Shown piece by piece: positions 32,783 to 48,200 of a stretch of DNA of 64,000 bases. Made by a program: the position numbers and the translations under genes. The stretch's first letter is position 1; every line of letters starts with the position of its first letter. The stretch spans positions 140,101 through 204,100 of IMG/VR virus record IMGVR_UViG_3300013116_000108, one strand, 5' to 3'. Below the pieces are notes generated by a model that was not told where the DNA came from, did not search any database, and saw only the letters and a program-made list of their open reading frames with translations.

Positions 32783-35700
32783 CACAAGACAAACAAATTT
32801 ATTCGTAAGCGAAGATTGGAAAAAAGTTTATCAAACTTTTAAAAGTGCTGATTTTGAAAGTTATGACTTTGAAACATTAAGATCAACAATGATATCATAC
32901 CTAAGGAAACAGTTTCCTGAGGATTTTAACGACTTTGTTGAAAGTTCAGAGTATATTGCTCTTATTGATTTAATTGCTTTCTTTGGGCAATCATTAGCAT
33001 ATAGGCAAGATTTAAATGCTAGAGAAAACTTTTTAGAGACAGCAGAACGAAGAGATTCTATTTTACGTCTTGCTAGTTTGCTATCATACAAGCCTAAACG
33101 AAATACTACTTCTATAGGATTATTAAAAATTGTTAGCATTAGTACAACTGAAGATGTTTTCGATTCAAACAACAATAACCTAAGTGGGAAAACTATATTT
33201 TGGGATGATTCTGTAAATAGTGATTACGAAGAACAATACAATACAATTATTAATGCGGCTTTAAGTTCTGCTCAAAGAATTGGTAAGCCTGCAAACGAAG
33301 TAACTACTGGATCAATCAAAACTCAAGAATATGAACTAAACTTGTTAGCAAATACACAACCGTTATTACCGTTTACAGCAGTTACTAATGGTGCTGATAC
33401 TAAATTTGAATTAGTTAACGGAACAATATCAGGAGAAAGTTACATTTACGAAAAATCTCCAATTCCAGGATCTACATATAACTTTTTATATAGATCAGAT
33501 GGGAAAGGAAATGCTTCTGCTAATACTGGTTTCTTTACAATGTTCAAGCAAGGCACACTAGGACAAATTGATTTTAATCTTACTAGCGGCTTGCCTAATA
33601 TCACATACAGCATTGATAAGGCTAACATTAATAATACTGACGTTTGGTTATATGAACTAGAAGATGACGGCACAGTAGGCGATGAATGGACGCAAGTACC
33701 TGCTATTAGCGGATCAAATGTTATCTATAATAGTTTAAGTTTATCAAATAGAAAGTTGTTTGCTGTTGAGTCGATGGTTGATGATAAAATTAAACTAGTA
33801 TTTGCTGATGGTGTGTTTGCTGACATTCCTAAAGGAACTTTTAGATGCTATTTTAGGCAAAGTGCTGGAACTACTTACTCTATAAAAAGTACAGACATCA
33901 ACAATGTTGAATTAAATTTTAACTATATTAGTAGAACTAATCAAGAAGAAAATTTATCTATAGGATTAACACTACAACAAAATATTAATACAGCAAACAG
34001 AAACGAAACATTAACTAATGTTAAAAAACTAGCACCGCAGGCGTACTATACACAAAACAGAATGGTTAACGGTGAAGACTATAATATCTATCCGTTAACA
34101 CAATTTACAAGTATCATTAAATCAAAAGCAGTTAATAGGGCGGCAAGTGGTATTAGCAGATTCTTAGATGTTAAAGATACTACAGGTAAATTTAGTAGTA
34201 CAAATATATTCAGTGATGATGGTGTATTTTACAAAGAATACACAACTAAAAAAGACACATTTAGTTTTCTAAACGATAATGAAATTATTGATGTAATTAA
34301 AAATACGTTAGAACCAAATTTAGCCAGCAAACCAATGTATCATTTTTACTTAGATAAATTTGTATCTCAAGCATTCGCAAACAAAGTTACTTGGGTTAAG
34401 GTATCGAGTACATCTAACACTACAACAGGATACTTTAAAGATGCTACCGGAGAAGCAATACAAATTGGAACAGGTGTGTCAAATGTAAACAAGTATCTTA
34501 CACTAAACAGCATGATTAAATTTATACCTGAAACTGGAAAACACTTTATGTCTAACGGTTCTCACATGGACGGTACTGATACAGATCACATAGGTGCTAC
34601 AATGCAGACGTGGTCATCTATAAAATTAATAGATACTAACGGATTGGGAGGACTAGGTAACGGATTAAAATCAGCAGGCGTTGGTGCTGTTACACTTAAT
34701 GAATTAGTACCAACAGGTGCTACTGTTGAAAGAGTATTTCCTAAATGGGTAAGTGATATTCCTACATCATTAGAAAACACAATTAAAACAAATATTAAAG
34801 AATATAAAGACTTTGGTTTAAGGTTTGATCATATTACTAGCACATGGTCTATTATTACTAGTGACAATTTAGCAGTTGATAAAGGCTACAGTGATGACAA
34901 TGCTGGAAATACTAGTGGAACAAAAATTGATGCTAGTTGGCTAGTACAATTTACAACCGACGGTGTACAATACACGATTAAAACTAGACAATTAGATTAC
35001 TACTTTGCTAGTAAAGACGAAACTAGATTTTACTTTGATAAGGCTATAAAAATTTACGATAGTGTCACAGGAACTACAATCAAAGATAGATGTACAGTAT
35101 TAAAAGTTAACAATAGACCAACAAGTAACAAACCATTAGAAGAAGATTATGCTTTGGATATTATCGATATGGTTACTGAAGTTGACGGATACAAAGATAA
35201 CACAAAAGTTAAAGTAACACTTGGTGATGCTGATAATGATAGTGTAACAGATAACCCAGAAATGTTTGAAAAAATTGTTGGCGTAGACGATCCTACAGGC
35301 TTAGCAAAAAATAGAAAATTTGTGTTCTTTAAGCAATTTTATGATTACGATAACATCGAAAGGTATCAACCTATAGGACAAAAAGTAATTTGTTACGATT
35401 ATAAGACAATGAGGGAAATACACAGCAATAAAGGTCTGTTTCCAGAAGGTAAAGTATTTTATGCTACAACTGAAAATAAATTTACTACATCATTTAAAGA
35501 CGCTACAGGAACATTAAAATTAACACCGGCGGCTAACCCAGGCGAACAGTTTGGAGGAAATCTTGGATCAGAAGTACAAGCATATAAAGTTTATATAGGG
35601 CGTGATAATTTAAAATTTCAATACAAACACAATGCTCCTAATAACAGACGTATTGATCCTAGTCCGAGCAATTTAATTGACATGTACATCTTAACTCAAT

Positions 35701-36299
35701 CGTATTCAGACTTGTATAGAGAATGGATTTTAGATGTTACAGATAAAATTATAAAGCCAACAGAACCTACAGCAGAAAACTTGAGAGCGTCATTTAGCAC
35801 TATTGAAAATTCTAAAAGTATTTCAGATACAATAATATATCACTCAGCAAAATTTAAACCATTGTTTGGCGATAAAGCAGACACTAGTTTACAAGCAATC
35901 TTTAAAGTTGTAAAACTACCAGGCGCTGGCATTAGTGACTCTGAAGTTAAAGCATCTATTATTGATGCTATTAATGACTACTTTAATGTTTCAAATTGGG
36001 ACTTTGGTGATACTTTTTACTTCTCAGAATTAAGTGCTTTCTTACATAATACGTTAGCAAATAAAATAAGTTCTGTTGTTATTGTACCAAAAAGCACAAC
36101 ACAAGTATTTGGTAGTTTATTTCAAATCCGCAGTAATTACGATGAAATTTTAATCAGTGGAGCAACAGTTGACGATGTAGAAATAATTGATAGTATAACA
36201 GCAACTAAGATACAAGCAGGTGGTTCTATATCGAGTTTAGATACTACTACAAACACAACAGCAAGTGCTGTTACAACTAGCGGGAGCACCTCGTACTAA
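32772..36299 (+). CDS. g6: Baseplate wedge protein (gp6-like, extended, 1175 aa)
   Basis: DFETLRSTMISYLRKQFPEDFNDF.ESSE, ENFLETAERRDS and QNRMVNGEDY. Confidence 0.85.
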   Translation: MATSTRQTNLFVSEDWKKVYQTFKSADFESYDFETLRSTMISYLRKQFPEDFNDFVESSEYIALIDLIAFFGQSLAYRQDLNARENFLETAERRDSILRLASLLSYKPKRNTTSIGLLKIVSISTTEDVFDSNNNNLSGKTIFWDDSVNSDYEEQYNTIINAALSSAQRIGKPANEVTTGSIKTQEYELNLLANTQPLLPFTAVTNGADTKFELVNGTISGESYIYEKSPIPGSTYNFLYRSDGKGNASANTGFFTMFKQGTLGQIDFNLTSGLPNITYSIDKANINNTDVWLYELEDDGTVGDEWTQVPAISGSNVIYNSLSLSNRKLFAVESMVDDKIKLVFADGVFADIPKGTFRCYFRQSAGTTYSIKSTDINNVELNFNYISRTNQEENLSIGLTLQQNINTANRNETLTNVKKLAPQAYYTQNRMVNGEDYNIYPLTQFTSIIKSKAVNRAASGISRFLDVKDTTGKFSSTNIFSDDGVFYKEYTTKKDTFSFLNDNEIIDVIKNTLEPNLASKPMYHFYLDKFVSQAFANKVTWVKVSSTSNTTTGYFKDATGEAIQIGTGVSNVNKYLTLNSMIKFIPETGKHFMSNGSHMDGTDTDHIGATMQTWSSIKLIDTNGLGGLGNGLKSAGVGAVTLNELVPTGATVERVFPKWVSDIPTSLENTIKTNIKEYKDFGLRFDHITSTWSIITSDNLAVDKGYSDDNAGNTSGTKIDASWLVQFTTDGVQYTIKTRQLDYYFASKDETRFYFDKAIKIYDSVTGTTIKDRCTVLKVNNRPTSNKPLEEDYALDIIDMVTEVDGYKDNTKVKVTLGDADNDSVTDNPEMFEKIVGVDDPTGLAKNRKFVFFKQFYDYDNIERYQPIGQKVICYDYKTMREIHSNKGLFPEGKVFYATTENKFTTSFKDATGTLKLTPAANPGEQFGGNLGSEVQAYKVYIGRDNLKFQYKHNAPNNRRIDPSPSNLIDMYILTQSYSDLYREWILDVTDKIIKPTEPTAENLRASFSTIENSKSISDTIIYHSAKFKPLFGDKADTSLQAIFKVVKLPGAGISDSEVKASIIDAINDYFNVSNWDFGDTFYFSELSAFLHNTLANKISSVVIVPKSTTQVFGSLFQIRSNYDEILISGATVDDVEIIDSITATKIQAGGSISSLDTTTNTTASAVTTSGSTSY

Positions 36300-39200
36300 T
36301 GGCTAAAAGAAAGACAAGTTCGTTTTTACCTAAGGCGTACCAAACAGAAAAAAATAAAAAGTTTTTAAGTGGAACATTAGACCAGTTAATGAACAGTTCC
36401 AACCTTACAAGGATGGACGGATATATTGGTCGTAGGTATTCGCCAAGTTATAAAACTACAGATAATTATTTGGCATCTTCTGGATTAAGAAGTAATTATC
36501 AATTAGAACCTGCTATTGTACTTAAAAAAGATTCAAACATCGCAAGTGATAACGATGTTGGTTCAATTGTAACATACGACGACCTGCTCCACAAACTAAA
36601 AAATAATAGTGTTAATACAACTGATCACAATAAACTTTTTAATCAAGAATTTTATAACTGGTCAGGGTTTATTAATTTTGACACTCTTGTAAACTACGGA
36701 AGTTATTACTGGCTTAAAGATGGGCCTAATGCTGTTACTGTAACAGGTAAAGATATTAAAACATCAGGAGCATGGTCAACAAAATACGATTCTGTAAACA
36801 ACGAATATACAGTCTCAGAAATAAAAGGCAAGAACCCTACAATTTACTTACGTCGGGGCGGCAATTATACGTTTACAGCAGATCAAACAGCAGAATTTTA
36901 TATACAAACAGAGCCAGGGTCAATCACTGGAATTGAGAAGGCATCTCCTACAAAAAGCACTAGAGAAATTTATGGTGTTGAAAACAACGGCAGTAAGAAT
37001 ATAACATTTACAGTTCCGCCAATTGATGCTCAGTCATGGTTTGATACAGATTTATCTCTTTTACAAGATGTTAATTTAGTAAGTAATTTACCATGGAACA
37101 AAGTACAGGGACGAGATGTCGACAACCTTATTTCATTAGATAGTGGTATTGACAATCAACGTGTATTAGATGGCAAGACTATTATATTCATACAAGATTC
37201 TGATTCTGCAACAGATAACACTAACTGGACAACTACTGGTATAGATTATACTCAAGCACCTTATAAAGACACAGGATTTTCTGTAAACAACGGACAAGTT
37301 GCTACAGTAGATAGACAAGGTGTCTATCAAATTAGTATTGTTAGTAATAAAATTGTATTATCAAAAGTTGCTAATATAACTTTTACTGATAAAGTTTATG
37401 TTACAGAAGGATCAACATACGCCGGAAGGCACTTCTACAAAGCAGTAGAAACTAATCACATTACAGTTATTCCTATACTAACAGCAAAACTAGATACACT
37501 TTACTATCAGCATGCCACAGATAAAACAGCATATGGAACAATTAAAATAGTTAGTGACGTTGCTCAATCAATCGAGCCGGCTGACTTTTTAGGGAAAAAA
37601 ACTTATACCGCACCTAACGGTGTTGTGTTTACTAACGGACTAAAAATAACATTTGATACAACTATAACAGAAACAAAATATAAAAATAAGTCGTTTTATA
37701 TAGAAGGTGTAGGCGACAGCATACACCTAGTAGATACTACATTAACTATTTCTGAAACAGGCTCTGAAACTAAAGATTATATTGTAATGGCGAGAGGTGC
37801 CAAAGATATGAATGCCTGGAGTAGAGCAAACAAATGGTTTCATAAGGATGTTATTACAGCGGCCGCAACGTATAACAATGAAATAATAAGTGTTGACGAT
37901 AGTTTAAGAGCAGTAAGACCTATCATTGAATACAATGCTGGGTTACATTTATACAACCACGGTACTACTGGTATTAGTGGTGTTTCGCTAATTGATACAA
38001 CAACTACAGACGCACTATCTAATATAAATGGCACAAGTGGTTCCTATGTTGATAGCACAGAATTAAAAGCCTTTGACAGAATTATTTTTACAAAAGATAA
38101 TGACTTACAAACTAGGAAAACTATTTGGACTGTTGGTTGGAGAGATATTAACGGTGATTCAACTGTTGATTTCTTAACACTTGGAAATGATGACGCATCA
38201 GAAGTTACTACAGGCAGTAGTGTTGTTCTTAACAAAGGTCTAACAGGTAAAGGAAAAACATACCACTGGGACGGTACTAATTGGATCGCTTCACAAACTA
38301 AAACAAAAATAAATCAATACCCTATTTTTGAATTATATGATAGCAACGGTGTTAGTATTAATGATACATCAACATATCCGTCGAGTGACTTTTTAGGAAA
38401 TAGTTTATTTAAGTATAGTACAGGAACTGGAACAAACGATACAGAATTAGGGTTTCCGTTAAAATACAGAACATTTAATAATATAGGTGATATTTTATTT
38501 GATAACACCTACGTCAACGAAACATTTAATTATAAGAAAACAACAGGTGTAACAGAAATAAGCACAGCAACCACGTTAGCAAAAATAACACATCCTTATA
38601 GCGGAGCAGTGACTTATTCAAATGGTTGGACTAAAGGTATCCAAAAAAGTAGACAGTATCAGCAAGTAGAATATACAGTCGAAGATGTAACTGTTAAGTC
38701 ATACAACTTAGGAGCAAATCCAGATGTATCGACAACAGCATTGCCAACAACATTTGTTTATATTAATAACAAACGTACAAAGAATTTTACAATAGCATTA
38801 GAAGAAGGATTTTATAACTGTAAAATAGAAGATACTCTTTCATTAGGCGATTCTATTACTATTCAGTTTTACAGTCAAACAACTTCTAAAATAGGATACT
38901 ATGTGGTTCCTAAGAATTTAGAAAGCAACGGACAAAATGAAAAGTTTGCTAATATTACTTTAGGACAATTACAAAATCACATTACCGCATTAATTGATAC
39001 TAATAAATTTTTTACAGGTTCGTTACAAGGAAGTAATAATTTAAGAGACTTATCCGGAGCAAAAGAGACAGAAGGACTAATAACACAGCACAGTTCACCA
39101 ATGATCCTTCCTATGATTTTTAGTGAGCACAGCAACGTAAACTATGTTAATTCGTTAAAGTTTGCTAATGCTGAATATGAAAAATTTAAATCTAAATTCT

Positions 39201-42200
39201 TAAATTCTTTAGAAACTTTAGACGGATTAGACTTAACAAATGTAAGTGAAACTGTTGATACTATCATGGAACATGTTAATGCTAATAAAAGTTCAACGTT
39301 TCCTTTTTATACGTCAGACATGGTTCCTTACGGAGCGGATGTAGAAATAACAACATACACTATTACTGACGATAGAGACAAAACATACGAGATTGACAGT
39401 ATATTTGACAATACACTTCCAAGTAATAGAGCTATATTGGTTTACTTAAATGATGTACAACTATACAATGACATCGACTATACATTTGAATCAACTAGTT
39501 CAAACATTAGGCTTATTAAAACAATAGCAATTGGCGACGTGTTAAAAATTGCCGACTACAATAACACACTAGGAAACTACGTTGCTCCTACACCGACTAA
39601 ACTGGGACTGTATCCAAAGTTTAAACCTGAAATAGTCAGCGACAACACTTACGCTGACACACAAACTATTATTATTGGGCACGACGGTAGTAGAACTATA
39701 GCATATGGCGATACTAGAGATAATGTTATATTAGAACTTGAAAAAAGAATTTACAATAATATTAAAACACATTATCAAGAAAACGTATTTGATATTAAAA
39801 AGTATACTCCAGGGCGTTGGAGAGAAACTGATACAACAGTAGCAGAAGTTAATGATATTTTAGAAGATGAGTTTTTACGTTGGACTACTAAACATAGAAT
39901 TAGTTATACTGATAACACATTCTTTGATGCTAACGATTCTAAAACTTGGAACTATAAAAACTTTACAGATAAACTAGACAAAAGTTTATTCAAGCAAAGC
40001 CACTGGAAGGGATTGTTTGTATATTATTACGATACTTATAAACCTCACACTAATGCTTGGGAAATGTTTGGTTGGACTGAAAAACCAACTTGGTGGGAAA
40101 CCAGGTATGGTGTAGCACCTTATACATCAGGCAACGAAGTATTATGGAATGATGTAAGAGACGGTCACCGATATACTAGTGCTACAGAATTTACAGCAAG
40201 TACTTTGTATAAAAGAGAAAACATATATTCAATGATGCCTGTAACAGAAAATGGAGAAATATGTTCTCCTATTGATTGCTTAACTACTAACGCAGGCGAT
40301 TTGTCACCAAGCCATTCATGGAAATACGGAGACGGTGCTCCGCCGGAAATTGCTTGGAAAAACTCTAGTAGTTACCCATTTAGTGTACAACATTTATTAT
40401 CACTAATTAGGCCAGCAGAATACTTTAGTCAACTGTTTAATAAAAGTCAAATAGTTAGAGGAGCATTAACTGATCAGTTAGTGCTAACATCAACTAACCA
40501 GCGTCAAACACCTTCGGATTTAAAAGTTGATACTTCTACTACAAGATACGAGGGCTGTGGAAACTATATTGCCGATTATTTACGTTGGTTAAATGTAGAT
40601 GTACAAACAAATTTAACAGACATACTTAAAAACTTAGATATTAAATTGGTACACAAATTAGAAGGCTATACAGATAAAAAACTTATTAAAGTATTAGCAG
40701 AACAAGTGTCGCCAACTAGTACAAGTAACTCTGTTTATGTACCAGATGAAGACTACGCTATCCATTTACATAAAACAGGCCCAATTAAAACTATACCATA
40801 CAGTGGTGTAATTATTCAAGGCAATGCTAGTGGATATACTGTATTTGGTTATAATTTAAATAATCCAAGATTTACTATTCACAAGCCTATAGAAAACGGC
40901 AACTTTAAAATACATGATGTTAACGACGATCGTGTTGTAGAATACGAAGATTATTCTACAGAAGAGGAATCTATTCCTTACGGAACTTCGTTTGATACAA
41001 AACAAGAAGTAGCAAATTTCTTGTTCTCTTACCAAAAATATTTGACAAACAGTGGTTACGATTTTGATAATAGAATGGAAGACTTTGGTACACAAAAAAT
41101 TGTAGCAAACTGGACGATGAGTGTTAAGGAATTTGTTCATTGGTCTGGGCAAGGCTGGACACCAGGGTCAGTTATTACAATAAGCCCTAGTTCACTAAGA
41201 GTTAGATGCTTAACGTCAATGGGTGTTGCTGATACTTTGTCTAACAGTCAAGCCGAGACAAATGTATTAAACGCTAACTATGAACCACTAAGACCGGGTT
41301 CGTATAAAATGAACAGGCAAGACAACGAATTTGAATTAACACCAAATGAAATTGCCGGAGGCATTTATTTTGTTAATGCTAAACTTGTTGAGTATGAACA
41401 TGTTTTAGTGTTTAACAATGTGACAAGATTTAATGACGTAATATACCAGCCTGGATTAGGCAACAGACAATATAGACTAAGAATAGTAGGAAATAAAACA
41501 GGTGGCTGGGATGGTAGTTTATCAGCAGAAGGATTTATTTACAATGATGGCAACGTTCCTGGTTGGGTAGAAAATACAAACTATTCGCGAGGTGACATTG
41601 TTAAATTTAGAGACAGGTTATATACAAGTTCAGTATCACATACAAGCTCAAATAAATTTGTATATGAAAACTGGACACAAACTGATTCATTTAAAATAGG
41701 ATTACTTCCTAACTTTGATACATTAGGTAAAAACTTTGAAAGTTTTTACGACATTAATGCTGTTAACTTAGAAAGCGAAACAGACAAGTATGGCAAGGGT
41801 TCTATTGGCTATCAAAATAGAGAATACTTCAATCAAATTGGCATGGATGATGTTAGCCAAGTTAAGTTTTATCAAGGAATGTTACAAGAAAAAGGTACAA
41901 CAAATGCTGTTAACAAATTAATTAGAAGCAAGTTTGATAAAATTAGTAGTGACATTAATTTTTATGAAGAGTGGGCTATTAGAAATGCTGAATACGGAGC
42001 AACTGACTTAAACTCTAGAGTTGAAATACAACTAAACGAAGAAGGATTTATAGATAATCCACAACCTATTACAACACTTAACACAACACAAGAAAAGTCT
42101 AGTGTTGACAGCAAGACTGAATATCTAACAAGTGAGTTATTTAAAGCACCAGCAGATATAAGTTATGACTGGGTTCCAGTAAGGAAAAATTATGTTGATG

Positions 42201-45200
42201 GACATAAGGACAATGTGTTTTATGACGACTTGTATCCAAATGCTGGATACCCTAAATTAACAGATGCTGATGCTACATTATTTTACAACAAAGACACAGA
42301 TACATTAAAAGATTTAACACCTGACATGAATGTAGGTTATACCCTTTGGGTCGCAGAAGATGAAACTGGCGATTGGGATATGAAATATTTAGATACTACT
42401 TCTATAGAAGTTACTAACTGTGACGGTGGAACAACAGGTGCTACTTATACTTGGACAACCGCAGATGATCATTCATTACAAATAGGTGATATTGTTGTTG
42501 TTAAAGGGTTCCACACAGATGATACTAAATTACTACGAAATGGTGTATATACTATTCAAACAGTACCAACTACATCAACATTTACAACAATGGGCGGTGG
42601 TGAATCAGGTAAAGATTCAGAAGCAGGTTCTAGTGTATTATTAAAATTTAAAAGTATTAGATTTAAAGACGGTGAGCAAATTACAGCACCTAAACTAGGA
42701 TGGCAAACAAACGACAAGTTTTATGTAGACAAAGATGAAGCAGGTTATTGGTTTGTAGCAAAGAAAAATACAAAGTTTACTCAGCAACAATCACTTACAC
42801 CATTACTTGGAGTTGCTAATGAAGAGTTTGGCGATGCTATTTGTTCTGACATGGATAATCAATGGCTAGTTGTTGGACAAAAATCACAAAATAGAATACA
42901 AATATATACTCCAAATCCTGCAGAATTATCACAAAATGCCGTAATCAATAATAGTGTTAATGGAGTTTTAGAATTAGGTGCCAGCGTTAGTACAGGCGCT
43001 CCGGTTTGGACAAAGCCACCTTCAACAACAGACTATAAGCAAGTACAAGGAATGTTTAGAGAAGATTTCCTAGGAAAATATGAAGAATGGGACAACGGCA
43101 AGCGTTGGATAGTAGTTGGAGCACCAGGCACTGATAGCAATAAAGGTGCTGTATTATTTTATTATTACGATTCAAAAAGTGGCACATTTTTGCCAGGAAC
43201 TATCGACCAGCCAACAGGATTAACAACAAGTGCTAAGTTTGGTAGTGTTGTAAAAATGAGTGCTAATGAATTATGGTGTGCTGTTTCGGCACCAGGTGAT
43301 AAAAAAGTATTTTTATACAATAGAATGGCCGTGTCAGGAGAAAGCACTTACAACACCACAGGCGACGGTAGTACAACAGAGTTTGTATTAGACATTTGGT
43401 GGAGCAAAATAACATCAGCCTCAGAATTATATATTCGCTTAGATTCAACTGAGCAAATGGCTACTAGAGATTTTACATACAACGCAAACACTAGAACAAT
43501 TACATTTACTAGTGCTCCTGCGAATGGCACAGCAATCAGTATATCATACTTAGGCGGTTGGAGACTCGCAAAAACATTTACAGGAACAACTGCTGACTAC
43601 GGTGCGAGTATTAGTTTAGATAGTAACGGTCGACATTTAGTTATTGGTGCTCCTAATACAACAACTGTAGGATCTGTTACTACAACAAACATGGGCGCCG
43701 CTGAAATTAAAACAAGGCACTGGCAATGTTTCACTGGCGATGGAACAACAAAGGCATTTACAGTTGACGTGTCAGATCTAACTGGTGTTATTGTTTACCA
43801 AAACGGAACACCAATTGATAGTATCGGTTCAGATAGTGCTGTGTTATGGACAGTATCCGGCAATACGCTTACGTTTACATCAGCACCGCAATCAAATGAT
43901 GAAATAGCAATATGGACAAATGAATGGCTATCATTACAAACAATTATACCAAGTGGCAATGGCAGACAAGAAAATGGACAATTTGGATCATCAGCAATAG
44001 AAATAGATGAAGCAGGTCAAACAATTTATGTTGGTGTTCCCGAAGCAGACGGTGTTATAGAAAATTCAGGATTAATACAAGTATTTGAAAGAAATCAAAA
44101 GATAAACCAAGGCAAACTAATTTTATCTTCAGAGAAAGAAGGATTTTCATCATACAACGCAGGTGAAAGTTTTTATATAAACGGGTATAAAGTTACAGCA
44201 TCAGGAACTACTATTGAGTCAATATCAACAGATATTAATAATGCTAATATACCGGGCATTACATCAACAGTTACAGGTGATAGCCCTAATCAAATTTTAA
44301 GTGTTAGCCATAGTTCTGGAGTATTAAATACTATCGATATCACCCCAGGAGTAACAGGCACTATATACAAAGACATTGGGTTGAAACCTTTTACTACACC
44401 AACAGACATTACACTGAATCAAGAAATTACTAGTGGACATAAGTTTGGCGAAGTTATTAGAGTTAGCAGAAATAATGACTTATTAGTTGTTGGTTGCCCA
44501 AGCGGGTCAACTCGTGTTTACACAACAATAGACAACAAAAAAACATTGTTTGATGGCAGTGGCACTAGATTTACTGTTCAAACATATTATACAGGTTCGG
44601 CTCACGTATTCCAAAAATTAGGAAAGAATTGGGTTGAAGCAGATAGTTTGTACACAAACAATACATCTATTAATGATAAATTTGGTTCTAGTATAGCAAT
44701 TAGTAATGATACAGTTTATGTTGGAGCACCATGGGAAGATGATGGCAATACACAGAACACAGGTAAAATTATAAGATACGGCAAGTCAGGTGAGTTGTTT
44801 AGCATCGACGAAAGAGAAACAGCATTAGTTGATATTGACAGGATTAATAAAGCATTCTTATATAATAAAAGTACAAACAATATTTTAGCATACTTAGATT
44901 ATATTGATCCTATTAAAGGTAAAATATTAGGTGAAGCAGAACAAAACATTGATTATAAAACATCATGGGATCCTGCTGTATATAATTATAGCACCGGAGT
45001 ACATCAAGTCAACAATGGAGATGATCCGTGGATTGCTGAATCATTTATTGGAAAGATTTGGTGGGATTTAAGTGAACTTAAATTTATTAATTACGAACAA
45101 GGTGATGCAGATTACAAATCATTATTTTGGGGAGGATTATTTCCTGGAAGTAAAATAGGAATTTATCAATGGGTCGCATCAGATGTGCCTCCTGTTAACT

Positions 45201-48200
45201 ATACCCCAGGTGTTGCGAAATATGGCAATGATGCTTATGTACAAGTTGACAAAATTAATAATGCTACTAATAACTTAGAAACAACGTACTACTTCTGGGC
45301 ATCAGGTATAACTGAGATTAACATTGATAAAACGTTAAGTACTGAAGGTATTGTAAAACTTATCCAAGACCCTACAACAAACGGTGGACCATTTATACAG
45401 TTTATTGGAAATAACCAATTAGCACTAGTTAATGTATCTAGATATTTAGAAGCAACAAATACAGTACTAGCAGTAGAGTATGATAAAAAACCAAATGATA
45501 AGATACTACATACAGAATGGGAATTAATACCTGAGGGTAGTCCGACTCTCGAAATCCCGGAAGATTTATTTAATAAAATTAAAGACAGTTTAGCAGGAGC
45601 AGATAAGACAGGTAACATCGTTCCTGACATTAATCTTAGTGCAGGCGACAAGTACGGTATTAAAATAAGACCAAGACAAGGTGTGTTTATGAATAGATAC
45701 CTTGCTTTAAAAGAATACCTAACGTATGTAAATGCTGTTATTAAAAAGTATAATATAGTAGATAACTTAGACTTTAGTCTATTAAATGAAGAAGAGGCAT
45801 TGCCCCTATCGACGTCAGGCACATATGATGAAAAAGTTAAAACGTTAACTGAATTATCTTATATTAGAGTAGCAACTAAAGACATAGGTTATAATGCCTT
45901 AGTTGAAACAGATTCAGAAGTAAACGGCAGGTGGGGTATACACACTTTACAAAGTGACGGCACATGGTTGAGAACTAGAACACAAAGTTATGATACTAAA
46001 AAGTTTTGGAGTTACATAGACTGGTATGAACCAGGTTATACAGTAGATACTAACATTGATTATCGTTATACCGACTTTAATAAAGTATACGAAAACGAGA
46101 GTGTAATAGCAGATAAAAGTATTATTAAAATTACAACTGGTGATAGTTGGGATTTATATGTTAAGGAAGATGGAAAACATAATCTTATAGGTCAAAAAAA
46201 CGGTACTTTGAAGTTTGGTGATAATTTATACGATTATGTCAAAACTAATTACGGATTTGATACAGATGGGTATGACTTTAACTTAATGGATACTGAGCCT
46301 CAAATAGAAACTAGAAATATTATTGACTCTATTAAAAATCAAATACTAATTAACGATTTACAAAATGAACATAACAAATTAATGTTTGTGTTGTTAAAGT
46401 TTGTACTTCAAGAACAAAACTATGTTGATTGGATTTTTAAAACAAGTTTTGTTCAAGTTAAACATAACTTAAGAGCATTAGATCAATTTCCTACATATCA
46501 AAGAGATAACCAAGAATTTGTTAAAAATTATATTAACGAAGTAAAACCTTATCACACAAAGATTAGAGAATATGTGTTAGGTTATAACAAACAAGAAACA
46601 TATGACAGTGACGTTTCGGACTTTGACCTACCTTCGACTTATGACCAAATTACTAAAACATTTAGATCACCTAATAAAGAAAAAAGCCACGATAGTAACA
46701 CAATAGAAAATAGCAATGCTTATAAAATGTGGAGAGAAAACTATACATACTCAGTTGATAGTGTACGATTATCACGTTGGGGGATAGGATATCAAACAGC
46801 ACCTGTATTAACATTCTCAGCACCACAAATAGCAGGAGGCGTTACTGCTACGGCAACATGTACAATAAAAGACAATCATATAGATGTAGTAACAATGACT
46901 AACAAAGGTAGTGGTTATACTGAACCTCCAACAGTAACAGTATCCGGCGGTAGCCCTACAACTGATGCTATTATACATCCTGTACTAGGAAATGCTAAAA
47001 CTAGAAAAATAAAAGAGACATTAAAATTTGACAGAATCAAATTTAGTTCAGATGTTAAAACATGGGCAAAAAATACTGCTTACACAACTAGTGATATTAT
47101 TCAATATAATAACGAAGCATACACAGTTAATGAAAACTTTACATCTGGAGCGTCGTTTGATAGCGACAAGTTAACAGTTAAAGCAGATAACACATTTAAT
47201 AATGCTATGGACAGAACAATGGCATACTATAATCCAGAAACAGGAAGTGATGCTGTAGATTTAGGAACAATATTTAAAGGCATTACATACCCAGGAACAA
47301 AAGTACAAGGCCCGCTATTTTCGGCTGAACCTGGATTTGACAAATCTAAATTTGACAATAAAGCATTTGATAATTATGATGTCGACAGCGATGGTAGATT
47401 TGTTTTAAGTTCTAGAAATTTAGATTTAGATTTAGAAAGCAAATTTAATGATACACAACTAGGATTAAGACCTGAAGATATTATTATTGACGGTAGTAGC
47501 AAGTTTGTTGACGCCTATAGTTCACATGCTCCAGAAGAGTTTGTACCGGGTAGAGTATTTGATAGTTTAAGTATTAATGTACGAACGTCTCCAAGTACAG
47601 ATACAGACAGCGACGGGGCATTAGGATTTCCGATCTATGCTATTAACTATAAAGGTGATGGAGCAAACAAGGTATTTAAATTTGGCGATGACAAAACAGG
47701 AACAGACCAAGAAGTTATTGTTTGGTCAAAATTAGGAGGCAGAAAAGCCAGTACCGATTATACAATTGATTGGACATTAAAGACAGTAACGTTCAACACA
47801 GCACCTGCGGTAGGCGAAATAATTGAATTAACAAGTTTTGGAAACACAGGAAACTCTGTATTACTTGATTATGAATTTACAGCATATTCTAGTACTTCTA
47901 GTGTTATTTTACCAATAAAATATTCACTAATAACAAGTAAGCAATACTTTATTACAATTAATGGTGTTTCTAATACAACAGGTGCCCTAACAGAAAGTGG
48001 CGATAGTACGTTATGGACGCCAGCATCAGCATTAGGTGCCGGCGACAATGTTAGGTTTATGTTCTTCGATGTGGCTTCAAGTGCTACAAGAACATACAGT
48101 AAAGTAACAGTAGACGAGTTTACATGGACATCAGGTGCTAAGACATTTACATTAACAGACGGTTCAGATACTGACTTAGCAAGAACAGATAAAATTATTG

